From the NCBI GenBank assembly GCA_044892525.1, contig CM097885.1, positions 244,900,001-244,964,000 of the forward strand: DNA of 64,000 nt, given 5' to 3'. How positions within the stretch are numbered: position 1 is the first letter of the stretch; the number at the start of each line of letters is the position of its first letter. A program made the position numbers and the translations under genes. The notes under the pieces were generated by a model. The model was not told the DNA's origin and made no database searches. It saw nothing but the letters and a program-made list of their open reading frames with translations. The DNA comes from Schmidtea polychroa. Lineage: Eukaryota. Shown piece by piece: positions 49,119-59,290 of the stretch.

Positions 49119-52100
49119 TTAATTTGATAAAATCCCTTTTTGGGCGTCCATTACTGAGAAGAACCTAGCGTTTCTCATGCGTCCATAGATATAATCTAAC
49201 AATGGCAATGGATGGCTATCTTTGCATGTTGCTTCGTTAACCATGCGATAGTCGTTACATAATCGTACTGATCCATCCTTCTTGGCCACCACTATCATTG
49301 GTGATTGATATGGTGATTTACTATGCCTGATTATGCCATGTTTTAACATCAGTTTCACCTGTTTATCTACTGATTCCTCCAGACTGAATGGAATACGGTA
49401 TGGTCTCAACTTTATAGGTTTTGTATTGGTGAGAACAATCTCATGTTCTAACAAGTTTGTCTTTCCCAGATCATATTCATGTTTCGCGAATACCTGGTCA
49501 TATTTCCTCAATAACATATTTACTTGAATATTTTCTTTTCTAGTTAGCACTTTGCTGTTTGCTGTAGGTGCATCGTAGTACTCAATGTCTGGATCTCTTT
49601 CTTCTGCCTTTACGGTGAGTATTGACCCTTCTCCCGTAGCTTGTGGTTCGTTTTGTTTCCAGATTCTGCCCACTCTGGTATCTGGATATAAGTAAAGTGG
49701 TTTAATGTCCAGATTGGCTACCCTGATTGGTATTCTGCCATTGACTATTAAACCTACGCTATGCGTTACTGGTATATTGTATTTCTCCGAGAATTTTTCG
49801 TTTGGTTCGAATACAACTTCACCTTCCCAATTATTGCTTGTAGCTACAAAGCAAACTGTTTCCGCTCTGGGTGGTATGATAGTTGTATGATCTATATAAG
49901 CCGTATCATCGTTGTAAATTTTCCTCTTTTTACCTCGTGCTCGGATTAACAATCCAGATGCACAATCGAATACTACTCCTCGTAGTCTTTTTAGGATGTC
50001 CATACCTAATAGACATTCGGCTGGGAGACTTCTCATCACTATGATGTCGTGATGGAGCTCCTGGTCACAAAGCTTAATCTGGCATGATAATAACCCTATT
50101 ACGTTTAATGAGGATCCGTTTGCTCCTGTTAATTTTACTCCTGCCGGTTTTGGCGATTGCAGTTCATGATGGTTTAACAATTTAGCTTCAATTATGGTAC
50201 CATCTGCTCCTGAGTCTATCACCGCATTAACTGTATGTCGGTTCACTCTTATTTTTATCATTGGCTTTTTATCCAAGTTCACTGGGTTGTTGACCATCAA
50301 GATAGTATCGTGCGATATACCGATTGTATTTGCCCTCGTTTGTTCTGCTTCCAGTAATTCAGGATCACTCAGTTGAGGATTATACTCTTTGAATTTAGCT
50401 TTAATTGACTCTAACGCTTCCTTTGGATAGTGCACTTTAAGTAATTCTGGCAATGTTGAGCATGTCAAATTATTAAATATGGTATCTTCACCGATTTTCC
50501 ATTGGTGTCGTCCTGTTCTGAGTGTTGTTTCCCTCGAGTGTTCCCGCCCTTCGTTTGGTGCGGATGGTAAACTCCTCAAAGTTGGCAATTGTACGTATCT
50601 TGGACTTCTCTTGAATCTGGGTGACCTTATGTCGAATTTTTGGTCGGAACTGTCATATTCTCCTTCTGAGGACTGTTTTCTCACATAGATTTCCTTTGAT
50701 TGGTCATATGGAGGAAGATATTCCTTGAATCTCGATTTTCTTTGTTGCTGATTCGGTTTTTTGTTGTAGTTCTGTTTTCGTGATTGATTTGATCTTGAAG
50801 ATGTCTCACGAGAGCCTCCATTACCTCCTCCCTTTGAATTGTTATCGTCCCGATAACTCGAATACTCCTCCATTTCTGTTCCAATTACTTCATGTTTGAC
50901 CAAATGTTTCTGTCTAATTTCTTTAATTTCTTTTCTGTGATGTTTGAATAATGCAAACTCTGCACACATAGGACATAGTCCTAATAGCAGTTTCCATGAC
51001 CATCCTCCAATTTTGAATATGCTATATGTTGACATCAGTTGTGTAATTATCAGCTTTAAAATTACAAATATTGCGTAAATTCCTGAACATCCCGCGACGA
51101 AAATACCAAAATTGGTGAATCGTCCCCATATTTTCATCATTACGTTCTTTGCTGCTTCTTTATAGTGTTCCGGTCCAAATAATAAATTGTAATCTGGTCG
51201 TATCAAATTATCATGATAAATTGTTCTTATAATTTCCGTGATACCTCTTTCTCTGATTTGTGGGAATAGCAATGTCCTCCTTGCTTCCTCGATATCGTCG
51301 GGAGTATAGATCCCTCTTTTTGCTAATTCATCTAGTGACTTGAATTCCAGATTATCTTTTAATTTAGTCACCTCCAAGGTCTCTACCCGTTGTGTAGATG
51401 GTTTTCTTTCCGGCAGAGATATCCACATGTCATTTATTTTGTATAATGGTGATATTGCCGGGTTGCATATAGCTGGTTGAGGTTTAGCGTTTTCCTCAAG
51501 TAACTTTCTGGTTACTGGCATAACAAATCTCAATTTTCCTTGGTAAGATACTGGCAGTTCTAGAGTGCATTGATTAAATCTGGCTAATTGTACTTCAACT
51601 GGTTTACACTCATAGCTATATATAGCTTCTCCCATGATTCTGCCAAACATTCCATCTTCCAATAACATTGGAGTAACCAACTCTGGGTTAACGATAGATA
51701 TTGCTAATCTATTTCGGACTATTTCACGATTTAGCTTACAATCGTTTAGTATCACTTCTTGATACATATCTTGCATTTGTCCTTGCAGATCATGATATAA
51801 ATAATCTACCTTATTATTTATATAATTCGTGATTTTGATATCCTTTACATGTAGGACCTTGGAATTCCGGATATATTCTCTGGACAGGAAAATTCCTTTG
51901 TAGTTCGTCTCGTATACTCTTTTCCCACATTTAGTCCTTTTATCTTTTCGGACAAATCGAATTGCTTCCGTCTTGTCTTCCGATATCAATACTAGAGGTG
52001 TGTTTTCCTCTCCGATATCTTCCTTCTCTTGTTTGTTGATTTTCTTCAACGTTTTTGCTTTATCCCAAACCTTTTCTGGATTCTGGGAGTCCCGATATTT

Positions 52101-55100
52101 AGTTCCATTTAATTTTCTAAAAGGAATTTTCTTGAGGAAAGCCAACTCACAATGATCTCTCATTTGTTCGTAAATTAACGTAGTGGTTCCCGTTTTACAA
52201 CTACCGAACTTGGCATTGCATTGCGGATGTGCCATCAATTTTCCTGTGGCCACATCGAATGTTCCCTCGTATTCTCGTAGCTCCACTGAGTAATCTTCTA
52301 TGTCTACCACATAGGAAACTAAATTGCTACCGCGAATTTTCTTTCTACCTTCGCATGTTCCGTCTGAAGCGATTGTTCCTCCTCGGGTGATTGTTATTCC
52401 CAAGGTTTTCCCAATTTCTGCTGAAATTGATACCTCGTTGTCTATCCTCACACTTCCTTTTCGAAATGCATCTAAGCAATCTTCGGGCATTATGTTTACC
52501 GGCCTTGGTATTAATGTTGCGGATAGAAAAGCAGAATAGCTATTACTACCGCAATAATATTCGAACGTAGCTCTCTGAACTCTACAATCCTTTATCGTGG
52601 TTCTATAAAATTCACTCTCTTGGTAGACATAATATTCTACCTTTTCCCCTTGATGAACCTTCTCGGGATACGCCTCTTTGCACTCAATTGCATCTACTAG
52701 CGAATATACCCGAGATAGTTTAGGGTTTCCACAGTCAAATACTGTTAATGAATTTGTTTGTTTTAATATGCCCATCATCACTAGGAACATCAGGATCATG
52801 CTTGTCATGTTTCCTGTGCCTGGACTACCATTATTTATGGCTTCTTCTACGACTTCAAATCGTGGTTTTGGAATCGTTTCTTTTTCCCAAAATTTGTTTA
52901 CGGTCATCCATACCTCCAGGTAATAATCTACCATTTCGACTATTTGATCGATTTCTCGTTCTATAAGCCTTTTATCATCCCCTATCCGGGCCAAGGCATT
53001 TTGAATTAACAATGATAAAGATGTTACCACTTTCCCTCTTGTTAACCCTTGCTGCACGAATGCTTCTATGACATCCTGGGTATCTCTTGTTGTTACATCT
53101 TTGGATACTCTGTCCATTGTCTTCTTGACCTCTTTTGCTATTTTCTTTACTTCGATCCCCTTGATTTTTGGAATTCTCCATTCGGGCCTGATAATCCCGA
53201 TCATTTGTTGTATACGTTGCCACAATAACGACCTTTCTGCTGTTGTCTCATCTCCCGCCTGGTCGTCCATTTCTTGAGCTATCCCTGCTAATGTTTTTAA
53301 CTGAATTTTCCGAATCGTTTCTGGATTTAACTGCTCCTTGGGTGGAGGTTTCATCTGATCCTTTCTAGGACGTCCTCGTGCATTTTTTTTCACTTTCTCC
53401 GGAGGTTTTTCATTCTCCAGATTTGTTACTGCTTGTGACGTAGTAGCTCCTACGTTTTTTTCTCCTGGGTTTAATCTGATATATTCTGAGAAGTAATCTT
53501 CCTCGTCAATGTCCACCATTTGACAGGGATTAATTTCCTCTAGTCTTATTTCCTCAATTTCTTCCGCAATTTGGTTTGCTATATCTGGCAGTCTCATTAA
53601 TGACCACTGGGACTCTGGTGGAGTTACTGGGATGATCATTACCGTGGTTGTTGCCAGCGGTAGACAACCCACATCCACTAAATATTCATCGTCATCCACT
53701 TGCCTGCCATGGACCATTATCAGGAATATACCTGTAGTTTGATCGGTGGCAATTACATCTCTCCTCAATATTTTAACCTTGATATAGCAATTATAAATCA
53801 TTGTTAATGGTTCTTTTCCCATCATTCGCACGTCTAGATTAATGTTGCCTTGTCTATCAGGCTGACTTCGGATAGCTTTCCCATTTTTCCTCATCAGCGC
53901 TTCAATTTGCGTCTGAAATGGGCTTGTTTCCTTTACCACTGGTAGTATAAGTGGAATTATTGCTTCCAATAAATCTACTGGTATTCGTAATACTAACATC
54001 CAGTCCAGTATTTCCTTTATAGTTTTACCATCTCGTGGGGATTTCTGCAATTCCAACCCTAGTCGCTGGGTTAATTGTTGAGTTTCCTCCAATCTCTCGA
54101 TTTCCATCTGAGTAATCAAGAATACGCTATCTTGATCCATTACTGCCACTGGCTTTGGTGCTCTCTTTGCTGTGAGCTTCGTCACTCTACCTGGGAGTAT
54201 CCCATTCTGTAGAAGTGTTTGGTTTGCTTCTAATTTTATTCCACATAAGTATAAGTCATATCCTTGATGCTTAATACTTGTCAATGTTTCCGTTAATTTA
54301 TCGGCTCGACTTCTTACATTTATATCGAGGTTATACTCTTTATCCTGTGGGAGTTTTATATTGAGCTGGGCATCTTGGAGATCCCACTCATGTTCCAAAA
54401 GTTTTCCTAATTTCCTTAGGATTTTGTACGTGTCGTTATGATACTTTGGATCATCTTCGACCTGCGATATCAGTTTTACTACTGTATCGATTTCGTGAAT
54501 TTTAATTTCTGTTTCTCCCAATTTTCCCAATTGTCTGGCCAGCTTCTGCTGGTACTCATATCTGGAATCCACCAGTTTTAAACATTTTGTTAGGGTATCT
54601 GACCCTTCTTTTACCTTTGCTTTCCCTGTCAAGGTTCTATCGAACTCGCTTAGTATGGTGGCCATACTAGGTTCATCATCGGAACTCTCCTCTGATTCCG
54701 TTTCCTGAAGGTCCTCTCTAACGGAGTCCTTTTTTCTGAGATACTCATCTCTTCCAACTTCTACCATGAAGATGGTGCCTTCTTGGTCGGTCAATCTAGC
54801 CAACCTATTCTTTTCTTCCTGGATTTCCATTTCCAGTTGTTGCAGATACGTTAACCCTTGATCCTGGTTAACCATGAAAGTTGTCTTAGACTTGTTCACA
54901 TTACCCTTATCGGTATTTTTATTGAACTGACTCGTGTTTCCACTCTGGTTCTGAGGACATGACCTCATCATATGTCCGAATTTCCCACATCCGTGACATT
55001 TTATCTTTCCTGATGAATTTACATCATCTCTTTTGATTGTACTAAAATTATTGCTGTTCTGAGGACTTCTAGTCTTGCAGACCGCAGCAACATGTCCCTT

Positions 55101-55853
55101 TCGCTTACATTTTTCGCATTGCAAATTCTGCACTCTACAATTTTCCGCACTGTGGTTATTCCGTCCACATTTGGTACATTGTATACTTTTACGATTGTCC
55201 ATAATTTTCCTACTGGTACAATCTTTCGCTATATGCCCTTTTCTATGGCAATTGAAACACTCTACCGGTGTTCTTTCACTGTTTACCAGGAACATGGTTG
55301 ACTTTTCCAAGCTGCTTTCAATTACGACAGCTTTCCGTGTCAATTCGTCAAAATCGTCGCTAGTATGTAATATTAGAGCGTTCCTCATTGTAGGAGTAAG
55401 TCCTGCCCATAGCTGATCCTTAACTAACAATTCTGTTGGCTTTGCCCATGTGGTTTTTGGTCCAAATGCTCTTTCAGCAATTAAAGATAGCTGGTGTGCA
55501 AATTCCCCCACATGTTCATTGGCATTCTGTTTTCGATGGTAAAATTGTTGTCTAAATATTCTTCCCGCATCTCCGGGCAATATTCGAGCAGTCATTTGTT
55601 CTCTCATTTCGGCCCATGTTTTCGGTACTTGAGCAACTGGTAATGCCATAATGTCATTATATTTTTCTCTTGCCAGCCCCTTCAAATATATAGGCAGCCT
55701 TTGTATCATGATATTATCTGGATAGGCGTATGCTTTGGCCATCTGATAATATTCAGACATAAACTCTGGGAATTCTCCCGGATCACCGCTGAATGCCTTT
55801 ACGGGCAGAGCGGGATATCTGGCAAATGCATTTACATTAGCTTCCTCTGCCAT
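49119..55853 (-). CDS. Polyprotein part 1: Gag (4 CCHC), 2 ubiquitin-like domains, AT-hook, class-III-like envelope glycoprotein, aspartic protease, RT N-terminus
   Basis: 2244-aa ORF with four CX2CX4HX4C motifs; signal-like MTSMILMFLVMMGIL then LTVFDC, a Cys-rich ectodomain and a TM; protease VIDSGA; RT start KKDGSVRLCNDYR..N...KDSHPLP. Confidence 0.93.
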   Translation of the reverse strand: MAEEANVNAFARYPALPVKAFSGDPGEFPEFMSEYYQMAKAYAYPDNIMIQRLPIYLKGLAREKYNDIMALPVAQVPKTWAEMREQMTARILPGDAGRIFRQQFYHRKQNANEHVGEFAHQLSLIAERAFGPKTTWAKPTELLVKDQLWAGLTPTMRNALILHTSDDFDELTRKAVVIESSLEKSTMFLVNSERTPVECFNCHRKGHIAKDCTSRKIMDNRKSIQCTKCGRNNHSAENCRVQNLQCEKCKRKGHVAAVCKTRSPQNSNNFSTIKRDDVNSSGKIKCHGCGKFGHMMRSCPQNQSGNTSQFNKNTDKGNVNKSKTTFMVNQDQGLTYLQQLEMEIQEEKNRLARLTDQEGTIFMVEVGRDEYLRKKDSVREDLQETESEESSDDEPSMATILSEFDRTLTGKAKVKEGSDTLTKCLKLVDSRYEYQQKLARQLGKLGETEIKIHEIDTVVKLISQVEDDPKYHNDTYKILRKLGKLLEHEWDLQDAQLNIKLPQDKEYNLDINVRSRADKLTETLTSIKHQGYDLYLCGIKLEANQTLLQNGILPGRVTKLTAKRAPKPVAVMDQDSVFLITQMEIERLEETQQLTQRLGLELQKSPRDGKTIKEILDWMLVLRIPVDLLEAIIPLILPVVKETSPFQTQIEALMRKNGKAIRSQPDRQGNINLDVRMMGKEPLTMIYNCYIKVKILRRDVIATDQTTGIFLIMVHGRQVDDDEYLVDVGCLPLATTTVMIIPVTPPESQWSLMRLPDIANQIAEEIEEIRLEEINPCQMVDIDEEDYFSEYIRLNPGEKNVGATTSQAVTNLENEKPPEKVKKNARGRPRKDQMKPPPKEQLNPETIRKIQLKTLAGIAQEMDDQAGDETTAERSLLWQRIQQMIGIIRPEWRIPKIKGIEVKKIAKEVKKTMDRVSKDVTTRDTQDVIEAFVQQGLTRGKVVTSLSLLIQNALARIGDDKRLIEREIDQIVEMVDYYLEVWMTVNKFWEKETIPKPRFEVVEEAINNGSPGTGNMTSMILMFLVMMGILKQTNSLTVFDCGNPKLSRVYSLVDAIECKEAYPEKVHQGEKVEYYVYQESEFYRTTIKDCRVQRATFEYYCGSNSYSAFLSATLIPRPVNIMPEDCLDAFRKGSVRIDNEVSISAEIGKTLGITITRGGTIASDGTCEGRKKIRGSNLVSYVVDIEDYSVELREYEGTFDVATGKLMAHPQCNAKFGSCKTGTTTLIYEQMRDHCELAFLKKIPFRKLNGTKYRDSQNPEKVWDKAKTLKKINKQEKEDIGEENTPLVLISEDKTEAIRFVRKDKRTKCGKRVYETNYKGIFLSREYIRNSKVLHVKDIKITNYINNKVDYLYHDLQGQMQDMYQEVILNDCKLNREIVRNRLAISIVNPELVTPMLLEDGMFGRIMGEAIYSYECKPVEVQLARFNQCTLELPVSYQGKLRFVMPVTRKLLEENAKPQPAICNPAISPLYKINDMWISLPERKPSTQRVETLEVTKLKDNLEFKSLDELAKRGIYTPDDIEEARRTLLFPQIRERGITEIIRTIYHDNLIRPDYNLLFGPEHYKEAAKNVMMKIWGRFTNFGIFVAGCSGIYAIFVILKLIITQLMSTYSIFKIGGWSWKLLLGLCPMCAEFALFKHHRKEIKEIRQKHLVKHEVIGTEMEEYSSYRDDNNSKGGGNGGSRETSSRSNQSRKQNYNKKPNQQQRKSRFKEYLPPYDQSKEIYVRKQSSEGEYDSSDQKFDIRSPRFKRSPRYVQLPTLRSLPSAPNEGREHSRETTLRTGRHQWKIGEDTIFNNLTCSTLPELLKVHYPKEALESIKAKFKEYNPQLSDPELLEAEQTRANTIGISHDTILMVNNPVNLDKKPMIKIRVNRHTVNAVIDSGADGTIIEAKLLNHHELQSPKPAGVKLTGANGSSLNVIGLLSCQIKLCDQELHHDIIVMRSLPAECLLGMDILKRLRGVVFDCASGLLIRARGKKRKIYNDDTAYIDHTTIIPPRAETVCFVATSNNWEGEVVFEPNEKFSEKYNIPVTHSVGLIVNGRIPIRVANLDIKPLYLYPDTRVGRIWKQNEPQATGEGSILTVKAEERDPDIEYYDAPTANSKVLTRKENIQVNMLLRKYDQVFAKHEYDLGKTNLLEHEIVLTNTKPIKLRPYRIPFSLEESVDKQVKLMLKHGIIRHSKSPYQSPMIVVAKKDGSVRLCNDYRMVNEATCKDSHPLPLLDYIYGRMRNARFFSVMDAQKGILSN

Positions 55854-55931
55854 TTGATTTTCCAGTTTTACTCTGGCTCTAGTTCCTAACGCTATTTTGT
55901 TTTAATTCAATATATACCCGCTGATAATTTA

Positions 55932-55949
55932 ATCACGTCGGGCTCACCA
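55932..55949 (-). promoter_or_regulatory. Primer-binding site, tRNA-Trp
   Basis: TGGTGAGCCCGACGTGAT, 3 nt from the LTR; 1 mismatch to the canonical tRNA-Trp PBS TGGTGACCCCGACGTGAT. Confidence 0.88.
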
Positions 55950-55952
55950 AAA

Positions 55953-57054
55953 TGTTAGGTTCGATGGGTATGTCTTCGAACTAACACAAAAATGTTCTAT
56001 CTGACTCCACGTAAATAATTTATGTGCGTAGGTATAAATAAACAAGAAATATGATTTAAATATTTATTTTTTTTTTAATTAAAAGATTATTCACACGTTT
56101 AAATAGATATATATATATATATATATATATAGGTACACCACGCTGCTTTCTCTAAGTATAGAAAACGGTTATTCAAACCGCCCTGAAGAGTGTTACTAAG
56201 TATCAAGGCTGGCCCTAAATGCGCCAACAGCCCGATATAGGTGAAAGGAAAAAGAGAACGGGACAATCACCAAAATTTACGCTATAGAGTTAACCCAGAA
56301 ATTGGTTAACTCTTTTCAAATAGTTATTGATAACGACACAACACAAAAATACGTGCTGACGTTATGATATCCCTTATTTGAAATTACTTAAATTTGTTAA
56401 AATATAAACCGATTTGAAAATTACTTATAACTATTTAAATAATGATAAATACTAACTGATTTAATATCTTTACCAAATAACGTTATAATAGATAATCCAC
56501 AAAATTTGATTTCGATCCAATATTTCCAATACAAATTCTTCAATTAGATTGTCGATAAGACTAAATTCCCAAAATTCCAAAACTAAATTTTCCTTTAATC
56601 GATGAAAATTATGCCAACTGTCACTTCGCCGAAAATTAGTTTACGATAAAACCAAATTTCCCAAAATTCCAAAACTTGACGAGAATTAGTTGGTTGCTAA
56701 AAATAGAATTGACTTCTTCTTCTCTAATTTCAGACACTGCGGTTTTCTGCCTTCTCACTTCCTCCTTCCTTCTAATTTTTATCTATTATTTATACTAATT
56801 TATTTTACGTAATTCTATTAATAGTAATTGTTTAATTACTATTTTTATTATATATTTTAAATAATTTCTATAATTCTATTTTTAGTAATTATTTATTACC
56901 AATTATATTTTAGTTTTAATTTTAGTATTTACTTTCTATTTTTGGTAATTTTAAAATACTATTTTTATTTTAATCCTAATTTTGGTAATTAATTATTATT
57001 TTATTTATTATCTAATTTCGAACGTTCATTTCCGGTTCCTACTGAACCCCAACA
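55953..57054 (-). repeat. 5' LTR of element B (1102 bp)
   Basis: Matches 42180-43268; longer mainly through an (AT)n tract. Confidence 0.96.
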
Positions 57055-57373
57055 GTTTGCTAGAGATTTTTCCCATGTCATTGGATATAAATGTTTCTAA
57101 TAGTGATTTACTACTTCTTTGTTGTCGAAAGGTACGAGTTCACTATTGCTAGAATGGAAACCATTATTCGGCGATTGATTCAAATAAGCCGTGATAAATG
57201 GAATGATCATTTCACAATGATTATTGAGAGCTAAAATTAAATATTAATCAGAGAATTGAGGAATGAGCTGGTGGAAAAATGAAATATAAAATACAATCTC
57301 TAATAGAAACATCCCAAGTTGAATAATTATTGTTGGGGTTATATGAAATTAACAATTATTAATCTGACTCCAA

Positions 57374-59290
57374 TGTGTCTCGGTTCAGTTGGTCACTTAG
57401 GGGTGTGTCATTTTAAATTTAAAATACGTTAGTGGTAATCACAGATATTCACTCGACTCCTTCCTAAGTGCCTCCGTGACTATTGCACTTTAAACCATTT
57501 GTGTACCCATGGCGACGACATGTTAGTACTATACACAAAGGTGAACAAACAATGAGCAGGTGCGCTCTATTGCTAAAACTACTCCCCATTGTATTTTCTT
57601 TTCGGGTTCTAGGCGGCTGATAGAAGGTCTTACGTCATTAGTCATTCTCTATTTCTACTTTGTACTTTTCTATTTTATTCAGCTATGGTCCTCATTTCTG
57701 GACGTTTTATATTGTTCTTTTTCAAAATTTTTGTACAGGGAAGCGCCCTTATTTTTCCGTTATAAATCATTGTGTTTATAATATTTGTCGATAATTTATT
57801 TCCCAGTCGATAAATATCGTTCCATATTTTCAGCGTCTCTTGTGAAAAATTTAACTTAATTTTCAAAGAATTTGAGCAGGGATTTGCCTGTATTTCTATT
57901 CCTGAACTATTGGATATCTTAACCATTTGTGATTTTTTTAAGATTGCCTAAGCCTACTTTGTCTACCGATAACTGGTCCTAACTATCCTATTATTACTCC
58001 TAACTCAGTGATATCTATGCAAATAAAGGTGACTGAGCCATCCTATACTATCTAGATCTAAACAAGGCCCTAAACTATCTTAAATTGACTTTACACTCTT
58101 CAATCGTTCATATCCCTATCTATATCCACTAACCCGATGGACCAAACTGGCGAAATAGAGCATCGACACATAAATTCATTATAAATCCAATTCAACTGTA
58201 ATTATCATAAAAATATAACATAGTCAAAATAAATAAAATACCAATATTCATGAAAAATAACTTCAATATAAAATTTGATTAATTCATAAAATTATATAAC
58301 ATTATACTTAACCAAAATTTCATTTCAAATACAAAGAATCAAATTTACCTTACCGCGATGGCATACACCGAAAATTGAAAGCGCTTGACAACGTCTGGTG
58401 AAAGTGTCAATTTAAATTGAACTGACTGAAATTTCAATCCGTATTTATATTGATTGAATGGTACGCCTACGCATTCTCTGCTACCATATACAATTAGAAT
58501 GCGAGAAAATTTTAATTAATTTTGCATGCATGCATGAATGTGTGCAATTATTTATTCTTTCCTTTAATTAATTTAATTCAGAGGTGTGCAGCCAAAAGTG
58601 GTCCGAGGGCCACTTTTAGGAGAATTATTTTTATAGGGCCAGAAAAGATTTTTAAAAAAAAACCCCGCTCAAATAAAAAAACCCAATTTCTTTTCAGCGG
58701 AATTTTTCTTAGGGTTTACCTTTTTATCTAAAAAAACAGGACACTATACGCTTAATTACTGCAGCTAGTTAGCATAGTGTACAATAATATCCGCTTGAAA
58801 ACATGAAAATTTTATAGGAACAATTAAAAGAAGAAGAATCGTGGAGCCTTTTAGCTATCAAAGTATAAAACTCAATTTATTCGTATGTTTTTTGATTTCC
58901 ACGGGCCAGAAAAATTCGCCTCACGGGCCACCATTTGCACACCCCTGATATAATTAATCAAAAATTTTAATTTTTATTGATTTTTAAGATTTAGTTTTAT
59001 ACATTCTATAATTTAAATAGTTTTTGCTAATTTTAATTTAGTTTTATAATTTAAACAAGTTTAGTTAGTTTTATTTTAGTTTCATTGTTTTAAACAATTT
59101 GGTTTTATTAATTTTATAATTTAGACAATTTGATTGATTTTATTTTAGTTTTCATTAAACAATTTGGTTTTTATAAATTTTATGGTTTATCAAATTTTTA
59201 CTAATTTTATTTTACTTTTTATCATTTTATCCGTTTACTAGATATTTTTTTTTCAATTCGAAGTAGCCGATGAACACATAGTTAGACACA
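57374..59290 (-). repeat. Diverged LTR-like sequence related to the element A LTR (ends approximate)
   Basis: 57388-57640 clearly matches 175-470 (TTAGGGGTGTGTC, GTACCCATGGCGACGAC, ACTACTCCCCATTG), with patchy similarity to about 58570. Ends TGTGTCT/AGACACA; no TSD found. Confidence 0.65.
58579..58947. mobile_element. hAT (Buster-type) MITE inserted in the diverged LTR
   Basis: TIRs CAGAGGTGTGCA / TGCACACCCCTG; 8-bp TSD ATTTAATT vs ATATAATT (7/8). Confidence 0.8.

Larger units (their letters stand above)
42180..57054 (-). mobile_element. 14.9-kb envelope-bearing Ty3/gypsy LTR retrotransposon (element B)
   Basis: LTRs 42180-43268 and 55953-57054 (TGTT...AACA, a handful of differences). 4-bp TSD GTTT at 42176-42179 and 57055-57058. 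PBS and PPT present; order PR-RT-RH-IN. Confidence 0.97.

Noticed and set aside
43677-55889. Many 60-120 aa plus-strand ORFs
   Set aside because: Antisense shadows of the long minus-strand retroelement ORFs.
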